This document shows, in pieces, positions 1 through 7,364 of a DNA stretch of 64,000 nt; within the stretch, counting starts at the first letter, position 1, and each line of letters opens with the position of its first letter. Position numbers and translations under genes: made by a program. This DNA is from Patescibacteria group bacterium UBA1406 (GTDB lineage Bacteria > Patescibacteriota > Microgenomatia > UBA1406), in NCBI GenBank assembly GCA_002305675.1, contig DBQA01000007.1:110653-174652 (forward strand), written 5' to 3'. The notes below the pieces were generated by a model that worked only from the letters and a program-made list of their open reading frames with translations, had not been told where the DNA came from and did no database searches.

Positions 1-1178
1 TTGGCCATATCCTTTATGAAAACGCCGTTTCTGATCGCCAGAGTGGTCGAGATAGTAGAGACTGTTGGAATAGCAAGCCCTAGTGCATGCGGACAGGCTA
101 TTACCAAGACCGTGATTGCCAGAGTTATGGCAAAAACAAACGTCTGGCCTACTACCAATGTCCAGACAAGAACTGTTAATAGAGCAACGATCAAGGCCGT
201 GAACGTTAAAACGTTAGCCGCTTTATCGGCAATCTTTTGGGCAGACGGCTTTGTCTTCTGCGCCTTCGCGATCAGGCTCTGGATCTGTCCGATAGTAGAG
301 TTCTCACCTACCCTGATCAGCCTCACTTCCAGCGAGCCATCTAAACAGATTGAGCCGGCCACCACCTTGTCGTCTTTTTTCTTCTCAACAGGCTTTGACT
401 CTCCGCTAATCAAAGATTCGTCCATATTAGCCTCCCCCTTGACTATCTCGCCGTCGGCCGGAACTTTCTCGCCTGGCTTGAGTAAAACAACATCGCCCTC
501 GTTAAGTTCCGAAATGTCCACGTCCTGGATCCGCCCATTTTTTAATAGATGAGCTGTCCTCGGCAAAAGCTTAGCTACTTCCTGGAGCGCGTTGCCCGCA
601 GCAGAGCTTGATTTAGCTTCCAGATAATGTCCAAAGAGAAGTACCCAAATCAGGGTTGATATTTCAAGATAGAACTCCATCTCAATCGCCGGGATAAAGG
701 TTGAGGCCGCTGAAAACAGATAGCCTGCCCCCACCGCCAGCGAGACCAAGGTCATCATGCCATATTTTCTGGCCATCCACTCGTGTCGGGCATGATCAAA
801 AAAGACCAGCGCATAATAGAAGATAGCTGTGGCCACTCCAAACTGAAGATATTTTCTCAGGAAAAAGTCGGGCAGCCCCACTAAATCAAGGACAGGTTTA
901 ATCAGAAAAATCAGTGGCAGCAAGAGGAAAGTTACCTTAATAAACCTTTGCATAAATTCCCGGGCCGCTTCCGGGGTTGCCATCATGCTGGAATGGTCAT
1001 GTGTAGCTTCCCCGGACTCAAGGTCGGTTTTCTTGACCAGGTCCATCCCGCACTTAGTGCATCTGTCCGGCTTGTTTGAAGTTACTTCAGGATGCATCGG
1101 GCATACATATTCGGCTGCCATGCTTTGATAGTTTTGGTGATTATCCTTCTGTTCTTGATGTTCTTGACAACAACTCAT
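1..1178 (-). CDS. P1B-type copper-translocating ATPase (CopB-like, CPH motif), N-terminal ~392 aa; 3' end runs off the window
   Basis: Absent from the ORF track because it is open at the window edge. My minus-strand translation from ATG at 1178: MSCCQEHQEQKDNHQNYQSMAAEYVCPMHPEVTSNKPDRCTKCGMDL (Cys-rich metal-binding domain) ... LISGESKPV (actuator TGES-like) ... VIACPHALGLAIP (TM6 CPx metal site). The listed + ORF 1..552 is its antisense shadow. Confidence 0.85.
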   Translation of the reverse strand, partial: MSCCQEHQEQKDNHQNYQSMAAEYVCPMHPEVTSNKPDRCTKCGMDLVKKTDLESGEATHDHSSMMATPEAAREFMQRFIKVTFLLLPLIFLIKPVLDLVGLPDFFLRKYLQFGVATAIFYYALVFFDHARHEWMARKYGMMTLVSLAVGAGYLFSAASTFIPAIEMEFYLEISTLIWVLLFGHYLEAKSSSAAGNALQEVAKLLPRTAHLLKNGRIQDVDISELNEGDVVLLKPGEKVPADGEIVKGEANMDESLISGESKPVEKKKDDKVVAGSICLDGSLEVRLIRVGENSTIGQIQSLIAKAQKTKPSAQKIADKAANVLTFTALIVALLTVLVWTLVVGQTFVFAITLAITVLVIACPHALGLAIPTVSTISTTLAIRNGVFIKDMA

Positions 1179-1215
1179 GCATCTAAATGAACTAATAAAC
1201 GACTTTGATGCTATT

Positions 1216-1479
1216 TTACTTTCTTGCCCTGAAGACTTTGATTACCTCCTCGACCTTTTCCTCAACCATGTTCCGGTTGACAAGCGCATCGTGCACACAG
1301 TGATGCAAATGGTGTTCCAGGATAAGTTGATCTGCCTGCTTAAGAGCATTACCCACAGCTGTCGACTGTTGTAGAACGTCAATACAGTAATCGTCCTTTT
1401 CCACCATGTTGATGACTTTGTCCAAGTGGCCTCGGATAATTTTTAGCCGGTGCAAGAGGTTTTTTTTATAGTGTTCCAT
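1216..1479 (-). CDS. csoR: CsoR/RcnR-family metal-sensing transcriptional repressor
   Basis: 87 aa, typical family length. Motifs LKIIRGHLDKV, YCIDVLQQ and EHHLHHC supply the Cys-His-Cys ligand pattern. Lies 37 nt upstream of the ATPase on the same strand. Confidence 0.85.
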   Translation of the reverse strand: MEHYKKNLLHRLKIIRGHLDKVINMVEKDDYCIDVLQQSTAVGNALKQADQLILEHHLHHCVHDALVNRNMVEEKVEEVIKVFRARK

Positions 1480-1501
1480 ATCCTATCCCCTACCATAGGA
1501 T
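1480..1501 (-). promoter_or_regulatory. Candidate CsoR operator: perfect inverted repeat ATCCTAT-N8-ATAGGAT abutting the csoR start codon
   Basis: Plus strand 1480-1501 reads ATCCTAT CCCCTACC ATAGGAT. The arms are exact reverse complements and the core is C/G-rich. It overlaps the -10 box. Confidence 0.45.
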
Positions 1502-1527
1502 TGTACAACTAATTTTGGATCTGTCAA
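1500..1527 (-). promoter_or_regulatory. Sigma70-type promoter for csoR-ATPase operon (TTGACA-N16-TACAAT)
   Basis: Minus strand: TTGACA (1527..1522), 16-nt spacer, TACAAT (1505..1500); csoR ATG at 1479. Confidence 0.5.
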
Positions 1528-1559
1528 GTATTTTAAGACATGAAACCAACAAAGGATAA

Positions 1560-1907
1560 CTAAGGCAACAAAGGTCCGCCTTTATAGCCCGGTATCCACC
1601 AGGGAATGAAAACATATATCAAAAAGACCATCCCAAATATTAAAGAGAAGATAATATAAGTGAAAACTTTTTTCAGCCTCATTCTGGGTTCGGCGTCACC
1701 ATGGAATTCACAATGCTTGCTGTATTTGTGGTTCAGATAAAAAAACAGTCCGCCAATGAGAAGCAAGGGGATCAAAAAAATCTTTTTTCTTCCTTCTTCG
1801 CGGATTATCAACAGATAGCCTGAAGATACCAAATAAAACATCAATGCTCCGCAGCAAATAAGGTGAAAGCCCAAAAAAGGGACCAGAGTACCCAAGACTT
1901 TTTTCAT
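1560..1907 (-). CDS. Small polytopic membrane protein with a Cys-Cys pair in TM1 and a His/Cys-rich loop; function unknown
   Basis: 115 aa. Contains FHLICCGALMF in the first hydrophobic segment, an HKYSKHCEFHGD loop and 3-4 predicted TM segments. Very AT-rich (17/60 G+C in a hand-counted sample at 1621-1680). Confidence 0.55.
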   Translation of the reverse strand: MKKVLGTLVPFLGFHLICCGALMFYLVSSGYLLIIREEGRKKIFLIPLLLIGGLFFYLNHKYSKHCEFHGDAEPRMRLKKVFTYIIFSLIFGMVFLIYVFIPWWIPGYKGGPLLP

Positions 1908-1940
1908 TATCTTAAATAGAGTACAAAAAAACAGGCGGGG

Positions 1941-2183
1941 TTAAAAGTTTATTTCCACATTTTCCTCAATGACGACCTCTTCGGACAGGAGCCCGTCCAG
2001 TTCCTGCAGCTCGGATTCAAGTTCCTTCAGCTCCCTGTCCTTGATCTCTTGGACGGTCTTTTTGTTGGCCGGATCTTTCCGGGCGACCTCGGTCCGGCTC
2101 TTGACCCTGCTTCTGTCGGCCACCATCAGCACCCCGAGGATCACTATTATCGCCAGAAGTTGCGGCCAGATCTTTTTGAACAT
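1941..2183 (-). CDS. Small N-terminally anchored protein with acidic coiled-coil tail
   Basis: 80 aa with one N-terminal TM (WPQLLAIIVILGVLMV) followed by KELESELQELDGLL. Follows the upstream gene with a 2-nt gap. Confidence 0.45.
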   Translation of the reverse strand: MFKKIWPQLLAIIVILGVLMVADRSRVKSRTEVARKDPANKKTVQEIKDRELKELESELQELDGLLSEEVVIEENVEINF

Positions 2184-2185
2184 GG

Positions 2186-2986
2186 TTATCTCAGCTCCTT
2201 GATAATTTCCCTGTCAATGGCATAGGCTTTCTTCAGTTCCGACCTGGCTTCCTTCAGGAGCGCCAATCCCTCCTGGAAAAGGCCGTTCGCCTGGTCCTGG
2301 TCCTGGATGGAGTTGAAGACCGTCAGGGCCGCCTGGTATTTCTCCCGGGCGGCACTAAGGGCGGCATCCGACTCCGCAAGCCTCTGTTTCATTTCCTCGG
2401 ACTCTACCCTGGTACCGAGCTTTTCGTTGAGCGAAGTGATCTTGATTATTACCCGGTCGATCTTCTCGGAGAGAATGAAGCCCGCATGCTGTTTGACACG
2501 GACGCGATTTTCCCTCCAGTAAACCCTGGCCTCGGTGCCGATATTTTTCAGGGCTTCGGGCGATCCGGCGCCTTCCACGTTTTGTTTCAGGCTGTTCAGA
2601 TAATTGATATCGTTCTCTAGATTTTCCAGGATCTGGGTCTTAAGCTCCTCATTCTCCACCTCTAGGGATCCTATCCGGCTCTTGGTCTGTTCCAGATTGG
2701 CTATCATCGTGTCCAGACCGCTCAGGATATATGTTTTCGTCTGGGTGAAATTTTGGTCTTTTTCCTTTTCCACCTCCGTTTCGATCTCTCGCCTCAACTG
2801 ATCCCTCAGTTCTTCGGTAACCTTCTTTCTTTCCTCCAGAAGTTTCAACCGGGCGTCCTTGTATTTTTCCAGGGCTTCCTGGTATTTTTCGTGCCACGAA
2901 CCCGGACCGGAATTTTGGGCCAGGGCCGGGGCGGTGTTCATCAATAACAGTAACAGGGCGATAAGAGGGATAAGGGTCTTTTTCAT
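2186..2986 (-). CDS. Secreted coiled-coil protein (signal peptide), function unknown
   Basis: 266 aa. N-terminus MKKTLIPLIALLLLLMNTAPALA-QN looks like a signal peptide; the rest is E/K/L-rich heptad-like sequence. Preceded by the 27-nt motif shared with the sigma-factor gene. Confidence 0.6.
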   Translation of the reverse strand: MKKTLIPLIALLLLLMNTAPALAQNSGPGSWHEKYQEALEKYKDARLKLLEERKKVTEELRDQLRREIETEVEKEKDQNFTQTKTYILSGLDTMIANLEQTKSRIGSLEVENEELKTQILENLENDINYLNSLKQNVEGAGSPEALKNIGTEARVYWRENRVRVKQHAGFILSEKIDRVIIKITSLNEKLGTRVESEEMKQRLAESDAALSAAREKYQAALTVFNSIQDQDQANGLFQEGLALLKEARSELKKAYAIDREIIKELR

Positions 2987-3015
2987 GTCGGTTCGATAAT
3001 TTAGAATTTATAACG

Positions 3016-3042
3016 TATAAATATAGTCTGTCCGGGTTACAG
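3016..3042 (-). promoter_or_regulatory. 27-nt promoter-like motif, copy B (CTGTAACCCGGACAGACTATATTTATA)
   Basis: Matches copy A at 3891..3917 at 25 of 27 positions. Starts with the last codon plus stop (CTG TAA) of the upstream ORF. Lies 30 nt upstream of the ATG at 2986. Confidence 0.5.
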
Positions 3043-3348
3043 GTCGGAAAGTATGTCCTCCCCTTCCGTGGCAAAGCTGACGATCTCTGTTTCCAGTTCT
3101 TCATACCTGTCCAGTTCCCTCTGGACAATCTGGGCGTTCGGAGACTCCATCCTCTCGTAATAGAACACGCCCGCGATCAGCAGGATGACGGCGGCAAAAG
3201 CCATGGGATAGAACAGACGGAAACTAAAGGGTCTCTGCCGCACTCCGGCGGCCATATCAAGTATCTCCCGCCGTTTTTTTTCCGGCAGGCCACCCGGATC
3301 TTCGTTCTTTAGCGTGGTTCTGAAAAAATTTTCAAAATAGTTTTTCAT
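3037..3348 (-). CDS. Single-pass membrane protein, candidate anti-sigma factor
   Basis: 103 aa with one central TM (FYPMAFAAVILLIAGVFYY). Its start overlaps the 3' end of the ECF sigma gene. Assigned by position only; no recognisable zinc-finger anti-sigma motif. Confidence 0.4.
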   Translation of the reverse strand: MKNYFENFFRTTLKNEDPGGLPEKKRREILDMAAGVRQRPFSFRLFYPMAFAAVILLIAGVFYYERMESPNAQIVQRELDRYEELETEIVSFATEGEDILSDL

Positions 3349-3877
3349 ATTCTTGGATGAACTTCTTCTCCAACCGTTCCAGGATCCGTTTTTTGCGGAC
3401 CTTGACGTTCGTCTCCGTCATCCCCAGTTCCGCAGCTATCTCCCTGATGCTCATCCCCTTCAGATAATAGGCGTCGATGATCCGCCTGTCCCTCCCATCG
3501 AGCCACCGGAGAAGCAGCCTGACCAACTCTTCTTTTTTGTCGCTGTCGTCCGTTTCGACAAAGAACACCGCTTCCACCGTCGCCTCGTCCGCATCCTCCG
3601 CCAGTCTGACGGTCCGGCGGTGCCGACTGTAAAAAGCCTTTAGCTTGTTTTTGGCGATGGCGTAGACGAAATTTTTGAAAGAACTTCTGCCTTCAAACCT
3701 GCCCAGAGCTTTGATCAGGTCTTTAAAAGTCTCGTAGGCCAGGTCTTCGGCATCGTCCCGGTCATTGACGCCGTAATAGAAGAAACGGATGAGCGCCTTC
3801 TCATACCTGGCAAAGATCTTGCCGAAAGCCTCTCTGTTTCCAGACCGGCACAATTCAACCAGTTCTTCATCTGTCAT
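3332..3877 (-). CDS. ECF-type RNA polymerase sigma-70 family factor
   Basis: Region 2-like DAEDLAYETFKDLIKAL and region 4 HTH MSIREIAAELGMTETNVKVRKKRILERL. I moved the start to the ATG at 3877 (MTDEELVEL); the longer track ORF (to 3985) overlaps the upstream gene and promoter motif. Confidence 0.85.
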   Translation of the reverse strand: MTDEELVELCRSGNREAFGKIFARYEKALIRFFYYGVNDRDDAEDLAYETFKDLIKALGRFEGRSSFKNFVYAIAKNKLKAFYSRHRRTVRLAEDADEATVEAVFFVETDDSDKKEELVRLLLRWLDGRDRRIIDAYYLKGMSIREIAAELGMTETNVKVRKKRILERLEKKFIQEYEKLF

Positions 3878-3890
3878 CAGGTCTATATTA

Positions 3891-3917
3891 TATAAATATA
3901 GTCGGTCGGGGTTACAG
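3891..3917 (-). promoter_or_regulatory. 27-nt promoter-like motif, copy A (CTGTAACCCCGACCGACTATATTTATA) upstream of the ECF sigma gene
   Basis: Read on the minus strand. Contains the upstream gene's last codon plus stop (CTG TAA). TATATA/TAATAT boxes lie 7-11 nt from the ATG at 3877. Confidence 0.5.
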
Positions 3918-5273
3918 AGTTGAGAGATGTTGGGCCACCTTTTCCCAGAATTCCCTGACCCCGGTCGGGGAGACCTCGTTCCCATACCTGTCGCCCGGGA
4001 ATGGCTTGAGGGTGGCCTGGGTCATTTTCTTGAAGAGGCCTTCGCGGTAGGCCCACCAGATATAGTCGGCCGAAGCCTGTGAGCTGTCCGGCAGGAGCAT
4101 TCCCCTCCACCTGACCGACTCCTTCCGGAGCCTTTCCCCTTCCTGACTGCTCTCCAGGCTTAAGTTTCGGCGCGCGCGCTCCCACAGATATTTCTGTTCT
4201 GTCACCGATGGCAGGAGCCCGTGCCTGACCAGGAAATCCAGGTTCTCATACTCCTGCCTGCCGACAGGCTTGGCAAAAAGGAGAATGGACCCTCCGGTTT
4301 CCGACGGTCTGATCAGGGCTTTGAAAGCCTGCTCCGATGGCTTGGTGATCTCGAGGGCAACGGTGACGCTTTTGTAGACCTCGTCATACCGATTGACCAC
4401 CTCCCTGTCCAGGGCAGCCAGGTGCAGCTTCACGTAGGGCCTGACCATCAGCTCATTCAGGAACGGGAGGGTATAGATGGCGGTTTTGGAAACGATATGG
4501 AAAGTGAACCGGGGGGACCGCTCGTACAGCTTGTCCACGAGCTTCAGGAAAAAGTCCATCCCGACAGCTGCCCCCGACACCGGAATGGCCACGTTGATGG
4601 CCGTTTTCAGGGTCTCATCGAACTGATTTTGCCTCTCCGCCAGCCTGGTCTCCGACAGGGGCCTTGCCAAATTGGGGCTGATGGGATACGGGGTGACCGC
4701 AAACTCCACCGGTTTCAACCTAGCCCTTTTGCCGTACCTTTCGAGCTCGGATTTGGTTCTTTCGCTCGGAACAAAGGTCAGATCCGCCCCCGGTACATAC
4801 CACATGTACTGGGGGCTGTCGTCAGTGACCTGGACCACTAGGATCAGCTTAATCTTCTGCTCCTTCATCAACCTGTCCTTGATGGCCGATATCTGATGGG
4901 CCAGGCCGAAATGCGTCGCCACAATCAAAAGCGTTTCCGGCCGCAAAAGCTGCTCATCCAGGATAGTGACTATCTGCCGGTACAATAGCTTGGTACTCCT
5001 GTGCAGAAGTCCACGGTATAAATGGGTGACGAAATATTGCGGCAACCCCTGCTGTCCCCATTCGAAAAGGCTGCGCATGACGGGATGGATGCTCAGGACC
5101 CGGTGTATCCAAGTAATGAATTTGTCCTGCGATCCGAGTAGAAGCGGATTGGTACCCGCCGGCAACCCTTTATAGAGGGCGTTTGTCACTCTGAGATGTC
5201 CAAGTCCGGCCGGTGCATAGGCAAAAACCAGCACCAAGGACCTATCTTTGAGTTCCCTGGTTTTGTCTTCCAT
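3912..5273 (-). CDS. GT-B glycosyltransferase, MGDG-synthase/UgtP-like (diacylglycerol glycosyltransferase family)
   Basis: 453 aa. Has an N-terminal LVLVFAYAPAGLGHLRV glycine-His loop, VVQVTDDSPQYMW...FVPSE, and C-terminal GGSILLFAKPVGRQEYENLDFLVRHG resembling the PGQEEGN motif of MGDG synthases. Family-level call from motifs only. Confidence 0.55.
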   Translation of the reverse strand: MEDKTRELKDRSLVLVFAYAPAGLGHLRVTNALYKGLPAGTNPLLLGSQDKFITWIHRVLSIHPVMRSLFEWGQQGLPQYFVTHLYRGLLHRSTKLLYRQIVTILDEQLLRPETLLIVATHFGLAHQISAIKDRLMKEQKIKLILVVQVTDDSPQYMWYVPGADLTFVPSERTKSELERYGKRARLKPVEFAVTPYPISPNLARPLSETRLAERQNQFDETLKTAINVAIPVSGAAVGMDFFLKLVDKLYERSPRFTFHIVSKTAIYTLPFLNELMVRPYVKLHLAALDREVVNRYDEVYKSVTVALEITKPSEQAFKALIRPSETGGSILLFAKPVGRQEYENLDFLVRHGLLPSVTEQKYLWERARRNLSLESSQEGERLRKESVRWRGMLLPDSSQASADYIWWAYREGLFKKMTQATLKPFPGDRYGNEVSPTGVREFWEKVAQHLSTL

Positions 5274-5348
5274 ATACCCAGTGTAAATAAACGCGACCTT
5301 TCCTTCAATACTTACAGTTCTTTTACCAGCATCTGCTACAGTTGGAAA

Positions 5349-6239
5349 GTGTTCAAAAAGATCGCTTTCATCATCAATCCCGCCTCCGGGACAGAAGCGC
5401 CGATCCTCGGCCCCTTGAACAGAGCCATGGTCAATACGAAGATCCTATGGGAAGTCTTCGTCACCAAAAAAAGCGGAGATGCCAAAAGGTTCGCTCGCCA
5501 AGCCTTAAAGGACAAGACAGGAGCAATCGCTGTCTACGGAGGGGACGGAACGGTCAAGGAAGCGGCCCAGGCACTCTACCGCTCCCGCACCCCGCTCGCC
5601 ATCCTGCCGGGCGGTTCCGCCAATGTGGTCGCTAAAGAGCTCGCCATTCCCCTCAATCTGTCCGAGGCCCTTCACCTGATAACCAGTGAGAAACCGACCA
5701 TCAAAAAGATCGATATGGCGCTACTGAACAACCGGCCCATTCTGCTCGGGTTCAATATCGGTATCCTCGCCCGGGCTGTCCAGAGCAGCACCCCGGAACT
5801 GAAAAGCAATATCGGTCAACTCGCCTATGGCCTGAACGCCATTAAAAGACTGGGAAAATCCAGAAATGTCAGATACCGGCTGACCCTGGACGGGAAACCG
5901 ATCCGGATGGAGGGAGTGGCCCTGTTCGTTGTCAATATCGGCAATGTCGGCTTTACCGGTTTTTCCCTGCTGCCCCAGGTCAGCGTCACGGACGGTCTTC
6001 TCGACGTCATACTCATAGAGGAGATAAACCTGGCCTCATTCATGACCTGGCTCAAGAGCTCTTTCACCCGGGAGATGCCCGACAGCAGTTTCCGGCACTG
6101 GCAGGCCAGAAAGATCATCATCGGGCTTCCCCGTGACCAGGCGATCATCTGCGACGATGAGTCCCTGGCCGGAACGAGTTTCCGAATCAAGGCCGTCAAA
6201 GGAGCACTGAGAGTAATTGTTCCCCAAGAAAGCCGATGA
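5349..6239 (+). CDS. Diacylglycerol/lipid kinase family protein (YegS/DgkB/LCB5-like)
   Basis: Motifs IAFIINPASG, AVYGGDGTVKEAAQAL and PLAILPGGSANVVAKEL. I chose the in-frame GTG at 5349, because the track start at 5196 overlaps the divergent gene by 78 nt. Confidence 0.8.
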   Translation: MFKKIAFIINPASGTEAPILGPLNRAMVNTKILWEVFVTKKSGDAKRFARQALKDKTGAIAVYGGDGTVKEAAQALYRSRTPLAILPGGSANVVAKELAIPLNLSEALHLITSEKPTIKKIDMALLNNRPILLGFNIGILARAVQSSTPELKSNIGQLAYGLNAIKRLGKSRNVRYRLTLDGKPIRMEGVALFVVNIGNVGFTGFSLLPQVSVTDGLLDVILIEEINLASFMTWLKSSFTREMPDSSFRHWQARKIIIGLPRDQAIICDDESLAGTSFRIKAVKGALRVIVPQESR

Positions 6240-6793
6240 TACTTACCAAATTAAGAAGTTTGGCTAGGCTCGCGATCATCAATATCGAGCGGGTGGTGGA
6301 CCACGCTTATCGCCGGCTGACCGGTTTGCCTTCCTTCAGGCGGAGCCAGCTGACGCCTGACCTTTACCTGGGCGGGCAATACGGTCCCCGCGCCTTAAAG
6401 ACATTCAGGGAGATCGGGATCACGGCGATGGTGAATATGCGGACAGCGCCCGCGCCTGCCGAGATGCAAAAGGAGTTCAAAACGCTCCACCTGCCCACCC
6501 CGGATCTGACCGCCCCTTCCCTCAGGCAGCTTGCGGCCGGTGTCGCCTTCATCAAAAAAGAGCTAGACCGGGGAGGAAAAGTTTATATCCATTGCCGCCT
6601 GGGCGAAGGGCGCGGCCCCACCATGGCCGTCGCCTACCTCATGTCCGCCGGGATGACGCTCGAGGATGCGATAGGCCTGGTCCGTAGCGTCCGCCAGTTC
6701 ATCAAGCCGTCAGGCAGCCAGTTCGCCAGGCTCGAGGAATTCGAAACTATTACCCAAAACTCACCCGAATCTCACACGCGCAATATAAAGTGA
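6236..6793 (+). CDS. Dual-specificity/PTP-like Cys-based phosphatase (CX5R)
   Basis: 185 aa. Active-site signature VYIHCRLGEGRGPT (HCX5R) in a DSP-like context (DLYLGG...). ATGA overlap with the kinase gene. Confidence 0.75.
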   Translation: MILTKLRSLARLAIINIERVVDHAYRRLTGLPSFRRSQLTPDLYLGGQYGPRALKTFREIGITAMVNMRTAPAPAEMQKEFKTLHLPTPDLTAPSLRQLAAGVAFIKKELDRGGKVYIHCRLGEGRGPTMAVAYLMSAGMTLEDAIGLVRSVRQFIKPSGSQFARLEEFETITQNSPESHTRNIK

Positions 6794-6800
6794 TTGTTTC

Positions 6801-7343
6801 ATGAAAAAGAATCATGAGATCGCGGTTTTCGGGGGCGGCTGCTTCTGGTGTACGGAGGCGGTATTCTCCCGTTTGAAAGGCGTCAACTCCGTCACCTCCG
6901 GGTACGCCGGAGGCACCACCGAGAACCCCACCTACAGCCAGGTGGTGATGGGCAAAAGCGGCCATGCCGAAGTTGTCAGGATAGTCTTTGATCCAAACAT
7001 TATTTCGTACAGCACTCTATTGGACGTTTTCTTCACCATCCATAATCCCACCCTGGTCAACCGCCAGGGGGCGGACATAGGTTCAGAATACCGATCCGTC
7101 ATCCTCTACACCAGCCCTGTCCAGAAAAAATCCGCCCTGGAAAAAATATCCGTGCTCCAGGCCAGAAAAGTATTTGACAACCCTATCGTAACGGAACTGA
7201 AACCCCTGGATATTTTTTATGAGGCAGAAAGTTACCACCAGAGCTACTATGCCAAGAACCCCGGTCTTCCCTACTGCCAGGTGGTCATCAACCCCAAGCT
7301 GGAAACTATGAAAAGGAGTTACGCGGACCTGTTAAAAAAATAG
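6801..7343 (+). CDS. msrA: Peptide-methionine (S)-S-oxide reductase
   Basis: GGGCFWCTEAVF catalytic motif, followed by GYAGG and HAEVV. Confidence 0.92.
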   Translation: MKKNHEIAVFGGGCFWCTEAVFSRLKGVNSVTSGYAGGTTENPTYSQVVMGKSGHAEVVRIVFDPNIISYSTLLDVFFTIHNPTLVNRQGADIGSEYRSVILYTSPVQKKSALEKISVLQARKVFDNPIVTELKPLDIFYEAESYHQSYYAKNPGLPYCQVVINPKLETMKRSYADLLKK

Positions 7344-7364
7344 CCGTTCATCCATCAAGAACAT

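Noticed and set aside
1-552. Track ORF (+, 183 aa, TTG start) at the window start
   Set aside because: It has Ser/Thr/Pro-rich low-complexity translation. It lies exactly antisense to a minus-strand frame that translates into a textbook P1B ATPase, so the plus ORF is a shadow.
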